This document shows, piece after piece, positions 51,747 to 62,018 of a DNA stretch of 64,000 bases. Made by a program: the position numbers and the translations under genes. The DNA lies in NCBI GenBank assembly GCA_022340345.1, contig JAJDOE010000014.1, positions 152 through 64,151 on the forward strand, given 5' to 3'. The notes beneath the pieces were generated by a model, which saw only the letters and a program-made list of their open reading frames with translations, made no database searches and was not told where the DNA came from. The stretch is from Gammaproteobacteria bacterium (GTDB lineage Bacteria > Pseudomonadota > Gammaproteobacteria > HyVt-429). Position 1 is the stretch's first letter. Each line of letters starts with the position of its first letter.

Positions 51747-53669
51747 TCAGTCCTTCTTGTCTTTGACCTCTTCGAACTCGGCATCCACCACGGCCTCGTC
51801 ATCACTGCCGGAGGAGGCATCGTCCGCCGCCTTCCCGGCGGCATCGCCCGCATTGTCGGCGTACATTTTTTCCGCCAGCTTGTGACTGGCCTGGGCGAGG
51901 ACTTCGGTCTTGGCGGCGATTTCTTCCTTGTCATCGCCCTTGAGGACACCTTCCAGTTCGTTGATAGCGGCCTCGATGGACTCCTTTTCACCCGTATCCA
52001 GTTTGTCGCCGGCTTCGCTGACGGAACGGCGCACCGCGTGCACCATGGCGTCGCCCTGGTTGCGGGCGTCGGCCAGTTCGCGTGCCTTGCGGTCCTCGTC
52101 CGCGTGGGCCTCCGCGTCCTTGACCATGCGATCGACTTCGTCGTCGTTCAGCCCCGAGCTGCCACGAATCTCGATACGGTTTTCTTTGCCGGTTCCCTTG
52201 TCCTTGGCAGATACATGCAGGATGCCGTTGGCGTCGATATCGAAAGCCACCTCAATCTGCGGCATGCCGCGGGGCGCCGGCGGGATGTCCGAAAGATCAA
52301 AACGTCCCAGGGACTTGTTGCCCGAGGCTACCTCACGCTCACCCTGGAGCACGTGAACCGTTACCGCTGGCTGGTTGTCGTCGGCGGTGGAAAACACCTG
52401 CTGGGCCTTGGTCGGGATGGTGGTGTTTTTTTCGATCAGCTTGGTCATCACGCCACCGAGGGTCTCGATTCCCAGGGACAGCGGCGTCACGTCCAGCAAC
52501 AGCACGTCTTTTACCGTGCCACCCAGCACTCCGCCCTGGATGGCGGCACCGGCGGCCACCGCTTCGTCCGGGTTCATGTCCCGGCGCGGCTCCTTGCCGA
52601 AGAAATCCTTGACCACCTCCTGGACCTTGGGCATGCGGGTCTGACCGCCCACCAGGATTACGTCATCAATATCGCTGGCCTTGAGGCCCGCGTCCTTCAG
52701 CGCCACCTTGCAGGGATCGACGGTGCGCTGCACGAGTTCGTCCACCAGCGACTCGAGCTTGGCACGGGTCAGCTTGATATTCAGGTGCTTGGGTCCCGTC
52801 TGGTCCGCGGTCACGTAGGGCAGATTGACTTCCGTCTGGGTGCTGGAGGAAAGCTCGATCTTGGCCTTTTCAGCGGCCTCCTTGAGGCGTTGCAGGGCCA
52901 GCGGATCGTTGTGCAGGTCCACTCCATTGTCTTTCTTGAATTCGTCGGCCAAATAGTCGATTACCCGGGTATCGAAGTCCTCGCCACCAAGGAAGGTATC
53001 GCCGTTGGTGGACAGCACCTCGAACTGGTGCTCGCCATCCACGTCCGCGATCTCGATGATCGAGATATCGAAAGTACCGCCACCCAGGTCATAGACAGCA
53101 ACCTTTCGATCGCCCTGTTTCTTGTCCATACCAAAGGCAAGCGCCGCCGCGGTGGGCTCGTTGATGATGCGCTTGACGGTGAGGCCGGCGATCTTGCCGG
53201 CGTCCTTGGTGGCCTGGCGCTGCGAATCGTTGAAGTACGCCGGCACCGTGATAACCGCCTCGGTTACCTCTTCGCCCAGGTAGTCCTCGGCGGTCTTCTT
53301 CATTTTCTGCAGCACGCGCGCCGAAATCTCCGGCGGCGCCATCTGCTTTTCATTAATCTCGACCCAGGCGTCACCGTTTTTGGCCTTGACGATCTTGAAG
53401 GGCATCAGCCGGATATCCCGCTGCACCACTTCCTCGTCAAACTTGCGCCCGATCAGTCGCTTGGCCGCGAACACCGTATTGTGGGGGTTGGTTACCGCCT
53501 GGCGCTTGGCCGACTGGCCAACCAGAACCTCGCCGTCGCTGGTGAAGGCCACCACCGACGGGGTCGTGCGGTCGCCCTCGCTGTTCTCAATCACTCGCGG
53601 CTCACCACCCTCCATTACCGCTACGCAGGAGTTGGTGGTGCCCAAGTCGATCCCAATGATCTTTCCCAT
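51747..53669 (-). CDS. dnaK: Chaperone DnaK (Hsp70)
   Basis: [18 protein letters not shown]…DLGGGTFD…; 640 aa. Confidence 0.98.
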   Translation of the reverse strand: MGKIIGIDLGTTNSCVAVMEGGEPRVIENSEGDRTTPSVVAFTSDGEVLVGQSAKRQAVTNPHNTVFAAKRLIGRKFDEEVVQRDIRLMPFKIVKAKNGDAWVEINEKQMAPPEISARVLQKMKKTAEDYLGEEVTEAVITVPAYFNDSQRQATKDAGKIAGLTVKRIINEPTAAALAFGMDKKQGDRKVAVYDLGGGTFDISIIEIADVDGEHQFEVLSTNGDTFLGGEDFDTRVIDYLADEFKKDNGVDLHNDPLALQRLKEAAEKAKIELSSSTQTEVNLPYVTADQTGPKHLNIKLTRAKLESLVDELVQRTVDPCKVALKDAGLKASDIDDVILVGGQTRMPKVQEVVKDFFGKEPRRDMNPDEAVAAGAAIQGGVLGGTVKDVLLLDVTPLSLGIETLGGVMTKLIEKNTTIPTKAQQVFSTADDNQPAVTVHVLQGEREVASGNKSLGRFDLSDIPPAPRGMPQIEVAFDIDANGILHVSAKDKGTGKENRIEIRGSSGLNDDEVDRMVKDAEAHADEDRKARELADARNQGDAMVHAVRRSVSEAGDKLDTGEKESIEAAINELEGVLKGDDKEEIAAKTEVLAQASHKLAEKMYADNAGDAAGKAADDASSGSDDEAVVDAEFEEVKDKKD

Positions 53670-53730
53670 CTGGTTATCCTCGAAATATCTGAAAATTCTG
53701 TCTTAGTAGGTGGGGGTCACCGCCCCACTT

Positions 53731-54360
53731 TCAAGCCGATTCCGCTCCGCCGCTCCCGCCACCATCGGCGGCCGGGGCCCGCGCCACCACCACCATGGCC
53801 GGACGCAGCAGGCGATCGTTCAGCCGGTAGCCCTTCTGGACCACCTCCACCACCGCATTGGGCTCCACCTGGTCGCTTTCCCGGGTGGTCACCGCCTGGT
53901 GGCTTTCCGGGTCAAAGCGGTCTCCCGGTTCCGGAGACACGGTCTCTATGTGAAAACGACTGAAGGCCGAATCCAGCAAGCGCAGGGTCAGCCCCAGACC
54001 CTCGCGCATCTGTTCCACGGTATCGGCGGAGATTTCCACCTGGGCGGCCTGGTCCAGGCTGTCCCGTACCCCCAGCAGTTCCTGAGCAAAACCTTCCAGG
54101 GCATACTTTCGCGCCCGCTCCACGTCCTGGGCCGCACGCCGGCGCACGTTTTCCACTTCCGCCAGGGCACGCAGGAATTCCTCGTGTTTTTCCGCCACCC
54201 GGGCCTGAATTTCCGCCAGCTTGGCCTGCAGTTCGGCCTCTCCGGGCGGACTTCCCGCCTCGCCGGCAGCCGCTGTTGCGGCGGCGTCCGTTTCCGGCTG
54301 GGCTCCGTTGCGCGGAGTACCGGGGGGGTCTTTCTCGGTCATTTTGCTGCCTTTTGCCAA
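53731..54360 (-). CDS. grpE: Nucleotide exchange factor GrpE
   Basis: …RRRAAQDVERARKYALEGFAQELL…; the start may be the M7 MTEKD (54342). Confidence 0.92.
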   Translation of the reverse strand: MAKGSKMTEKDPPGTPRNGAQPETDAAATAAAGEAGSPPGEAELQAKLAEIQARVAEKHEEFLRALAEVENVRRRAAQDVERARKYALEGFAQELLGVRDSLDQAAQVEISADTVEQMREGLGLTLRLLDSAFSRFHIETVSPEPGDRFDPESHQAVTTRESDQVEPNAVVEVVQKGYRLNDRLLRPAMVVVARAPAADGGGSGGAESA

Positions 54361-54453
54361 TGTATAGATGCCGTTCCGGTAGACCGCCAGGATATGGGGC
54401 CCCGCGGGGCCGCTTTCAAGCGTCTCGCCCCACAGCGGGTGGGCCGGTTCCGG

Positions 54454-55512
54454 TCAGGATGATTCGCGCTTCAGGGCGCTGCCCAGCAGGCGGGCGGTCA
54501 CGTCCACCAGCGGGATGACGCGGTCGTAGGACATGCGCGTTGGCCCGATCACACCCAGGGTACCGATCACCTGGCCGTCCACCTTGTAGGGCGCCGTCAC
54601 CACGCTGCAATCCTGGAGCACCGAGTAGCCGGATTCGTCACCGATAAAGATGTGCACGTGATTGGCGCGCATGCTGCGATCCAGCAACTGCAGCAGGTCC
54701 TGCTTGGCCTTGAAGGCGTCGAACAGGCCACGCAGCTTGGCCAGGTCGCACAGCTCCGGCACATCGAACAGATTGTCCTCGCCGCTGACCATCAGGTCCT
54801 CGCCATCGTCCTCCGTGAATAATTGGCGGGCGATCTGCCGCGCGGTCGCCATCAACTGGTTCATTTCCCGGCTGTCCCGCTCCAGGTCCTCCAGCAGCGT
54901 ACGACGCACGTCCCTGACCGCCTGCCCCCCATACGTCGCGTTGAAATAGTTGGCCGCCTCCGTGAGCTCGGAAGGCGCGAAGCGCCGGTCCATGTTGACC
55001 ACCCGGTTCTGCACCTGGCCGTCGGTGGTGACCAGGATCACCAGCACCCGGTTCTCGCCCAGGGGTACGAACTCGATCTGCCGCAGCAGCACCGCCGTGC
55101 GGCGGGGGATGGTTACCAACCCCGCCAGATGCGTAATATTGGACAGCAGGCTGGAAGCCTTGCCCAGCGCCTGCTGGGGATCCGTCACCTGCCCCAGCTC
55201 GCCTTCCAGGTCCCGTACCGAACGCTGGTCCAGGGGCTGGACCGTGAGCAATGCGTCCACGAACAGGCGATAGCCGCGGCTGGTGGGGATTCGCCCGGCG
55301 GAGGTATGCGGTGCGCTGATCAGCCCCATTTCCTCCAGGTCGGCCATGATATTGCGGATGGTGGCCGGCGACAGGTCCAGGCCGGTTTCCCGGGCCAGGG
55401 CCCGGGAACTCACCGGCTGGGCCTCGCTGATGTGCATCTCCACCAGCTTGCGCAACAGGATCTGCGCGCGTTCGCTGAGGGGGCTGGGGCTTTTGTCTGA
55501 TTTGGCAGGCAT
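54454..55512 (-). CDS. hrcA: Heat-inducible transcription repressor HrcA
   Basis: …SSRALARETGLDLSPATIRNIMADLEEMGLISAPHTSAGRIPT… is the winged helix; 352 aa; hrcA-grpE-dnaK-dnaJ order. Confidence 0.93.
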   Translation of the reverse strand: MPAKSDKSPSPLSERAQILLRKLVEMHISEAQPVSSRALARETGLDLSPATIRNIMADLEEMGLISAPHTSAGRIPTSRGYRLFVDALLTVQPLDQRSVRDLEGELGQVTDPQQALGKASSLLSNITHLAGLVTIPRRTAVLLRQIEFVPLGENRVLVILVTTDGQVQNRVVNMDRRFAPSELTEAANYFNATYGGQAVRDVRRTLLEDLERDSREMNQLMATARQIARQLFTEDDGEDLMVSGEDNLFDVPELCDLAKLRGLFDAFKAKQDLLQLLDRSMRANHVHIFIGDESGYSVLQDCSVVTAPYKVDGQVIGTLGVIGPTRMSYDRVIPLVDVTARLLGSALKRESS

Positions 55513-55620
55513 GGGATTCGAGTGCTAAAAAGCACGCTATCAATGCGCTTTCCAGACTGTCAAGGAAAGACGCATCGGCAAACCCGGTTTGACCGGAAAC
55601 CAGCGTTTTTTGGTGTGACC

Positions 55621-56502
55621 ATGAACCCGATTTTCAAAACCATTGGCATCTACGGCAAGTACCAGGATGCCGGGGCCGGGGACGTGGTGAACGAGCTGGC
55701 CAACTTCCTGCTCAACCGCGGGCACGAGGTGCTGATCGACGAGGGCACCTGCATGCTGATCGATACGACACCCAGCGCCGCCCGCTGCGAAAGCAATATC
55801 GGCGAACACATTGAACTCGCCGTGGTGGTGGGTGGCGACGGCACCATGCTCAACGTGGCCCGCCAGCTGGCCAACGTGGATGTGCCGATCCTGGGAATCA
55901 ACCTGGGACGCCTCGGCTTCCTGACCGAGATCCCGGCGAACGACATCGAACACCAGCTTGGCCGCATCCTCGATGGCGAGTTCGCAGCGGAAGAACGCTT
56001 CCTGTTGCACTCGGAGATCATGCGCCGCGGCAAGATCGTGCATGCCTCCAACGCCCTCAACGACGTCATCATCGGCAAGGGCGAGTTGTCGCGGCTGATC
56101 GATTTCGAGACGTTTCTGGATGGCTATTTCGTGACCCGCATGCGGGCCGACGGCATCATCGTTGCCACCCCGACAGGATCTACCGCCTACGCGCTGTCCG
56201 CCGGAGGGCCGATCCTCAATCCGACGCTGCCGGCGCTGGTGCTGGTTCCCATTTGCCCGCACACCCTGAGCGCCCGGCCCATCGTGGTAAGCGCCGACTC
56301 GGTCGTGGAAATCGTCGTCAGCGGCAGCGCCCAGCAATCCGCCCACGTGACCTTTGACGGCCAGGCCAACTACACCTTGCAGAAGAACGACCGCGTGTAC
56401 GTGCGCCGTGCGCCGACCCCGGTCCGCCTGTTACATCCCGTGGACCGGAACCACTATGACGTCCTGCGCGCCAAGTTGCGCTGGGGTGAGCAGCTCGTCT
56501 GA
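55621..56502 (+). CDS. nadK: NAD kinase
   Basis: …VVVGGDGTMLNVAR…NLGRLGFLTE… (GGDG motif). Start at MNPIFKTIGIYGKY (55621); grpE-nadK-recN synteny. Confidence 0.93.
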   Translation: MNPIFKTIGIYGKYQDAGAGDVVNELANFLLNRGHEVLIDEGTCMLIDTTPSAARCESNIGEHIELAVVVGGDGTMLNVARQLANVDVPILGINLGRLGFLTEIPANDIEHQLGRILDGEFAAEERFLLHSEIMRRGKIVHASNALNDVIIGKGELSRLIDFETFLDGYFVTRMRADGIIVATPTGSTAYALSAGGPILNPTLPALVLVPICPHTLSARPIVVSADSVVEIVVSGSAQQSAHVTFDGQANYTLQKNDRVYVRRAPTPVRLLHPVDRNHYDVLRAKLRWGEQLV

Positions 56503-56507
56503 CGCCC

Positions 56508-58187
56508 ATGCTCGCCTCCCTGCACATCCGGGATTTCGCCATCGTCCGGCGCCTGGACCTGGAGTTTCGTGACGGCCTGACGGTGCTGACCGGTGAAACC
56601 GGCGCCGGCAAGTCGATCCTCATAGACGCCCTCACCCTGTTGCTCGGAGCCCGGGCCGAGACCGGCGTAGTGCGCGCCGATTGCCCCCAGGCGGAGATCA
56701 GCGCCAGCTTCACGCTGGCCCCCGGGGACGACGCCGCCATCTGGCTGGCCGGCGAAGAGCTGGCAGGCGATGACCCGAGGGAATGCATTCTGCGACGGGT
56801 AATTTACGCGGACCGCCCGACCCGCGGTTTCATCAACGGGCGGCCGGTGCCCATGGCCCAGATGCGCCTGCTGGGCGATCAGCTGGTGGATGTACACGGC
56901 CAGCACGAACATCAGTCACTGCTCAAACGGGAAACCCAGCGCCAGATCCTTGATGATTTTGCCGGCGCCGGGGATGCGGCCGGTGAGATCGCCGCAAGTT
57001 TCCACCAATTGCGCGAACTGGAGGCCCGCCTGGACGCTTTGAAAACCCAGTCCGCCGACCGCGACGCACGCCAGGAGCTGCTGCGCTTCCAGGCGGATGA
57101 ACTCGAAGCTCTGGGACTGGAACCCGGGGAGAATTCGCGCCTGGAAGAGGAACACGCGCGCCTTGCCCATGCCAGCGAACTGATCGAAGGCCTGCAAAGC
57201 ACCGCCAGCGATCTCTACGACCGCGACGAAGGCGCCGCCAGCAGCATCCTCAACCAGGCCACCGCGCGCCTGGAGCAGCTCACCGACTACGACCCGGCCC
57301 TGGCGGGGATCGCCGCCCTGGTCCAGGAGGCGGCCATCCGGGTCGACGAGGCCGCCGGCCAGCTGCACCAGCAGCTGGACCGCATCGAACTGGACCCTGG
57401 GCGCCTTGCCTGGCTGGAGGAACGCCTTGGACTGATTCACGGTTTGACGCGCAAGCACCAGGCGGAAGCGGATGAGCTCCCGCCACTGCTCGAGCGGCTG
57501 CGGGTGGAACTGGAAGACCTGGACGATGCCGACAACAACCTGGAGCGGCTGGCCTCCGACCTGGCCGCGGTGCGAACCCGCTATTTCGAACAGGCCCGCG
57601 CGCTTTCCGCGCAGCGTCGCTCGGCGGCCACAACGCTGTCCGACCAGGTGGGCAAGCGCATGGCGGAACTCGGCATGCCCGGAGGCCAGTTCCAGGTGGC
57701 GGTGGAGCCATTGCCGGAGGACCAGCCCACCCGCTACGGACTGGACCGCATCGAATTTCAGGTCAGCGCCAACCCCGGCCAGCCGCTGCGGCCACTGACC
57801 CGGGTCGCCTCCGGCGGGGAATTGTCACGCATCAGCCTTGCGGTGCAGGTGATCATTGCCGCCATCGGCCGCATCCCGACCCTCATCTTCGACGAGGTGG
57901 ACGTGGGCATCGGAGGCCGGGTGGCGGAAATCGTCGGCCAGCGGCTGCGCGGCCTGGGCTCCTCCCGGCAGGTCTTGTGCATTACCCACCTGGCCCAGGT
58001 GGCGGCACAGGGCACCTGGCACCTGGCGGTACGCAAACAGGACCAGCCCGAGCTGTCGGTGAGCATTTCCGAGCTCGACGACCCGGGCCAGGTGGAGGAA
58101 ATCGCGCGCATGATCGGCGGCGTTACCATCACCGAACAAACCCGGGCCCACGCCCGGGATATGCTGACCCGAGCCGGTGGCAACTGA
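56508..58187 (+). CDS. recN: DNA repair protein RecN
   Basis: MLASLHIRDFAIVRRLDLEF…LTGETGAGKSILIDAL… (Walker A), coiled coil, C-terminal signature (ASGGELSRISLAV…IFDEVDVGIGG). Confidence 0.96.
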   Translation: MLASLHIRDFAIVRRLDLEFRDGLTVLTGETGAGKSILIDALTLLLGARAETGVVRADCPQAEISASFTLAPGDDAAIWLAGEELAGDDPRECILRRVIYADRPTRGFINGRPVPMAQMRLLGDQLVDVHGQHEHQSLLKRETQRQILDDFAGAGDAAGEIAASFHQLRELEARLDALKTQSADRDARQELLRFQADELEALGLEPGENSRLEEEHARLAHASELIEGLQSTASDLYDRDEGAASSILNQATARLEQLTDYDPALAGIAALVQEAAIRVDEAAGQLHQQLDRIELDPGRLAWLEERLGLIHGLTRKHQAEADELPPLLERLRVELEDLDDADNNLERLASDLAAVRTRYFEQARALSAQRRSAATTLSDQVGKRMAELGMPGGQFQVAVEPLPEDQPTRYGLDRIEFQVSANPGQPLRPLTRVASGGELSRISLAVQVIIAAIGRIPTLIFDEVDVGIGGRVAEIVGQRLRGLGSSRQVLCITHLAQVAAQGTWHLAVRKQDQPELSVSISELDDPGQVEEIARMIGGVTITEQTRAHARDMLTRAGGN

Positions 58188-58273
58188 TCCAGCGCCGGCG
58201 GTTTACCCGGCAACCGGCGGCGTTTAAACTGAGCCGCCTTTCGCAAACCCGAGATCACAGCGTCAATCCGCCC

Positions 58274-58735
58274 ATGCCCAAAAAGCTCCTACCTGCTGCC
58301 CTGATCGGCCTGCTGCTCTCCGGCTGCGGCTATTACCGCCCGGACATTCAGCAGGGCAACGTGGTTTCCGCCGAAATGGCGAATCGCCTGGAACTGGGCA
58401 TGACCCAGCGCCAGGTGCGATTCCTGCTGGGTACGCCGCTGGTGCAGGACCCGTTTCATGCCAACCGCTGGGACTACGTCTATTCCTTTCACTACAAGGG
58501 CCGCACACTGGTGGCCGAAAGCCAGATGACGCTGTACTTCGAGAACGAGCGGCTGGCGCGCATCAAACGCGGAACTTCGGCAGGCGTAACACCGGATTCT
58601 GGCGCGCAAACCGAGAACCTCACCGCCGAAGACACCATCGTGATCAGCACGGACAAGGAATTAAAAGCCCCGGATACGGTCAAGAAACAGAAGAAGGGCC
58701 TGTTCGGAAAGATCTGGGACAAAGTCACTCCCTGA
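58274..58735 (+). CDS. bamE: Outer membrane protein assembly factor BamE (SmpA/OmlA lipoprotein)
   Basis: Lipobox LLLSGCGYY; …GNVVSAEMANRLELGMTQRQVRFLLGTPL…; recN-bamE synteny. Confidence 0.9.
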   Translation: MPKKLLPAALIGLLLSGCGYYRPDIQQGNVVSAEMANRLELGMTQRQVRFLLGTPLVQDPFHANRWDYVYSFHYKGRTLVAESQMTLYFENERLARIKRGTSAGVTPDSGAQTENLTAEDTIVISTDKELKAPDTVKKQKKGLFGKIWDKVTP

Positions 58736-58807
58736 GGATCCGAGGGAGTCGGGTCAGCAACCTGACCTGGCCGCATGCCGCGGGCCACGACTACCGGAGG
58801 TGATTCC

Positions 58808-59863
58808 ATGCTGAATTTATTTGCCGCCCCCCTGCTGGCGCTTTGCGCCTGGCTACCGCTGGCCGCAGCGGCCGAACCCGCGAGCCCTGCGAAGCCTACC
58901 GGCGAATTGGGGCAGTTCCTCGGCGCCAAGGACACCCCGCATCCGGACTGGTTCCGCGAGAGCTTCCTGGACTTCCAGGAGGACGTGAACCAGGCGGCCG
59001 CCGACGGAAAACGGGTGATGCTGTACGTCTACCAGGCTGGCTGCCCGTACTGTAATCGCCTGGTGGAGCACAACTTCACCCAGAAGGACATCCACGACCA
59101 GGTGCGCAAGAATTTCGATGTTATCGCGCTCAACATGTGGGGAGATCGGGAGGTCACGATCGTCGACGGGAAGAGCATGACCGAAAAGCAATTTGCGCGC
59201 GCCATCGGCGCCCAGTTCACGCCCACCCTCCTGTTTTTTGACGAACAAGCGAACATCGTTTTGCGCATCAACGGCTACTACCCACCGCAGAATTTCCGCG
59301 TCGCACTGGATTTCGTGGCCGGTCACCAGGAAACCAAGACTAATTACAAGGAGTACTTCCGGCAGCGCAACCCGGCGCCAGGACCCGGCAAATTGCGCGA
59401 CGAGGATTTTTTCCGCAAGCCGCCCTTCGACCTGACTGTCAAAGCGCGGGGCGAACGTCCGCTGGCGGTGGTTTTCGAACAGGCGAATTGCAAAGATTGC
59501 ACGCAATTGCATGACAAGGTGTTCGCCAACCCGGCCACGCGCGAGATCATCGGTCGTTACGACATGGTGCAACTGGACATGTGGTCCGACACCCCGGTCA
59601 CTACGCCGGACGGACAGCAGACCACCGCCCGACAGTGGGCGCTGGATGCCGACGTGAACTTTGCACCGTCCATCCTGTTTTTCGATACCGCGGGGAAGAA
59701 CATCATTCGCGCCGATGGCATGTTCAAGAACTTCCACCTGCAGTCCATGTTCGACTACGTCCTGTCCGGCGGCTACCGCACCGAGCCGCAATTCCAGCGG
59801 TACATCGCGGCACGCGCCGAACACCTGCGCGAGCAGGGGATTGATGTAGATATCTGGGAGTAA
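58808..59863 (+). CDS. Periplasmic tandem thioredoxin-fold protein (two CxxC domains; Thioredoxin_7-like)
   Basis: Signal peptide MLNLFAAPLLALCAWLPLAAAA. Domain 1 …RVMLYVYQAGCPYCNRL…; domain 2 …LAVVFEQANCKDCTQL…. It sits where ratB (yfjF) lies in the E. coli bamE-ratB-ratA-smpB block. Confidence 0.7.
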   Translation: MLNLFAAPLLALCAWLPLAAAAEPASPAKPTGELGQFLGAKDTPHPDWFRESFLDFQEDVNQAAADGKRVMLYVYQAGCPYCNRLVEHNFTQKDIHDQVRKNFDVIALNMWGDREVTIVDGKSMTEKQFARAIGAQFTPTLLFFDEQANIVLRINGYYPPQNFRVALDFVAGHQETKTNYKEYFRQRNPAPGPGKLRDEDFFRKPPFDLTVKARGERPLAVVFEQANCKDCTQLHDKVFANPATREIIGRYDMVQLDMWSDTPVTTPDGQQTTARQWALDADVNFAPSILFFDTAGKNIIRADGMFKNFHLQSMFDYVLSGGYRTEPQFQRYIAARAEHLREQGIDVDIWE

Positions 59864-59890
59864 AAAAGCGAAAAGAAGATTCTCTTATTA

Positions 59891-60017
59891 GCCGTCTTCT
59901 TTTCACCGCAATTGTTCGCGCGTGCCCGCGCGAACAATTTGATTAACCAAAAAGAAAACCCTGAAGCCGTCTTCTTACCACCCAATGGTTCGCGCGTACC
60001 CGCGCGAACCATTTTAA
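59891..60017. repeat. Two tandem copies of a 75-bp unit, each with a conserved 11-mer (GCCGTCTTCTT) and a perfect 13-bp-stem hairpin (AATTGTTCGCGCGtgccCGCGCGAACAATT and AATGGTTCGCGCGtaccCGCGCGAACCATT)
   Basis: Copy 1 at 59891-59940, copy 2 at 59966-60017. Hairpins at 59910-59939 and 59984-60013, each followed by T/A-rich sequence. AT-rich 206-bp gap between convergent genes. Confidence 0.75.
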
Positions 60018-60069
60018 AATCTTGAGTGTCGGGCCAAAGCCCGGCCTGCAGGGCACCGGCGCGGGAGAT

Positions 60070-60519
60070 TCAAATTGCAGGTCGGGGGCTATCGGATGCA
60101 TGCAACTCGTCCGCCCGGGCCACAAAGGCTTCCACCAGTTTTTCCGCGATACCGTTGAACACCGGGCCAATCAGCAGCCCGGCCACCCGCGAGCTGAACT
60201 CGTATTCCAGATCCAGCGAGATGCGGCTGCCCTCGCCCTCGGGCTCGAAACGCCACTGCCCGTGCAGGAAGCGAAACGGTCCTTCCACCAGCTCCATGTG
60301 AATTGCCCGCTGGTCCTGGTGGCGGTTGCGGGTTGTGAATGACTTGTTCACCGAGCCATAGCGGATATCCACGCAGGCCTCCAGCGCGTCCCCGGCGGCC
60401 TGGACACGGCCACCGGCGCACCACGGCAGAAATTCCGGGTAGGCCGGAATATCCGCCACCAGCGCGAACATCTCCCGGGCGGGGTACGCGACCCACGCGG
60501 AGCGGTGAACGGAAGGCAT
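60070..60519 (-). CDS. ratA: SRPBCC-fold protein RatA (ribosome association toxin / polyketide cyclase-like, YfjG)
   Basis: MPSVHRSAWVAYPAREMFALVADIPAYPEFLPWC…; 149 aa; adjacent to smpB as in E. coli. Confidence 0.85.
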   Translation of the reverse strand: MPSVHRSAWVAYPAREMFALVADIPAYPEFLPWCAGGRVQAAGDALEACVDIRYGSVNKSFTTRNRHQDQRAIHMELVEGPFRFLHGQWRFEPEGEGSRISLDLEYEFSSRVAGLLIGPVFNGIAEKLVEAFVARADELHASDSPRPAI

Positions 60520-60526
60520 GTCGGGC

Positions 60527-61909
60527 CTAGCCCAGCAGCCAGTCGAGCACGCCGAACAGGTTCAGGAAGATCAGGAACACCAGCGCCGGCGCAACGAAAC
60601 GTGTGAGCGTCACCCACAAGGCGTAGCCAAAGTCATTGCCGATGGCCAGTTCTTCCCGGGTGTGGGCCGAGGCCATCTTCCAGCCGGCAAACACCGCGAT
60701 CAGGATCCCGCCCAGCGGCAGCATGATGTTGTTGGTCAGGATCTCGAAAATCGTGAACAGGCCGTTGCTCTTCTGGCTGCCAAAGAAGTGGAAGGAAAAA
60801 TCCCAGCTGCTGAAAGACAGCAGGGTAACGATTCCCAGCGCCCAGGCCACGATGCCCGCCCAGGCGGCAGCCATGATGCGCGTCCAGCCCCGCTTTTCCA
60901 CCAGCCAGGCAACCGCCGGTTCCAGCAGCGAGATAGCCGAGGTCCAGGCGGCAAACACCAGCAGCACGAAGAACAGCGTGCCGAAAAACGCTCCCCCGGG
61001 CATCTGACCAAAGGCGATCGGCAGAGTCTGGAAGATCAGGCTCGGCCCGGCGTTCACCTCCAGGCCAAAGGCGAACACAATGGGAAAGATCGCCAGACCG
61101 GCGAGTACCGCCACCGCGGTATCCGCCAGGGCGATGGTCGCGGTGGTGGTGGAAATGGACGAGTCCTGGGGCAGGTAGGAGCCGTACATCATGATCGCGC
61201 CCATCCCCAGGCTGAGGCTGAAGAAGGCCTGTCCCATGGCGTCGAGCACCGCCCCCGCCGTGATCTTGGAGAAATCCGCGTGGAACATAAACTCCACACC
61301 GCGGGCAAAATCACCGGCGTTCATGGCATAACCCACCAACACCAGCAACAGGATAAAAAGCGCCGGCATCAGGAAACGCACCGCCTTTTCCAGACCGTGC
61401 TGCACGCCCCGGGCACTCACGATCACGGTCATGACCATGAAAATGGTGTGCCAGGCGAGCAGTTTTTCCGGGTCGGATACCAGCGCACCGAACATGGCAC
61501 CGGCGCCGTCCTTGGTGATCAGGTCCAGCCCGCCGGACGCCGAGCGAAACACGTAGGCCACCGTCCAGCCGGCAATTACCGAGTAATAGGAGAGGATCAG
61601 GAAGCCGGCGAGCATGCCCATCCAGCCGATGAGGGACCAGGAGGGAGAGGTTCCCTCGATCCGCGCCAGCGCGCCCATGGTCTGGATGGGGCTCATTCTT
61701 CCGCGTCGGCCCAGCAACACCTCCGCCATCATGATCGGAATACCGATCACCGCAACGCAGACCAGGTACACGAGCACGAAGGCCCCACCGCCGTTCTCGC
61801 CGACCATGTAGGGAAAACGCCAGATATTGCCCAGGCCCACCGCGGAGCCGGTGGCAGCGAGGATAAAGGCCCAGCGGCTCGACCACTGCCCGTGTATGGA
61901 TGCTGCCAT
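60527..61909 (-). CDS. Sodium-dependent transporter, NSS (SNF) family
   Basis: …[28 protein letters not shown]… is the NSS TM1 signature; 12 TM; 460 aa. Confidence 0.9.
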   Translation of the reverse strand: MAASIHGQWSSRWAFILAATGSAVGLGNIWRFPYMVGENGGGAFVLVYLVCVAVIGIPIMMAEVLLGRRGRMSPIQTMGALARIEGTSPSWSLIGWMGMLAGFLILSYYSVIAGWTVAYVFRSASGGLDLITKDGAGAMFGALVSDPEKLLAWHTIFMVMTVIVSARGVQHGLEKAVRFLMPALFILLLVLVGYAMNAGDFARGVEFMFHADFSKITAGAVLDAMGQAFFSLSLGMGAIMMYGSYLPQDSSISTTTATIALADTAVAVLAGLAIFPIVFAFGLEVNAGPSLIFQTLPIAFGQMPGGAFFGTLFFVLLVFAAWTSAISLLEPAVAWLVEKRGWTRIMAAAWAGIVAWALGIVTLLSFSSWDFSFHFFGSQKSNGLFTIFEILTNNIMLPLGGILIAVFAGWKMASAHTREELAIGNDFGYALWVTLTRFVAPALVFLIFLNLFGVLDWLLG

Positions 61910-62018
61910 CTACCGTCCTCCGAAGTGGTCCACCGGGGAGCGCAGGACCATTATTGTTAATATGGAATTGCGCGAAATTGTGTTTGAATTCCGCCCCCCG
62001 CTCAACCCCGTCCCACAA

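Noticed and set aside
51882-53963. 693-aa plus-strand ORF
   Set aside because: Antisense to dnaK/grpE.
55513-55560. Possible CIRCE (HrcA operator) upstream of hrcA
   Set aside because: Only one half-site (GAGTGCTAA) is present. The partner TTAGCACTC at N9 spacing is absent, so this is not a functional CIRCE inverted repeat.
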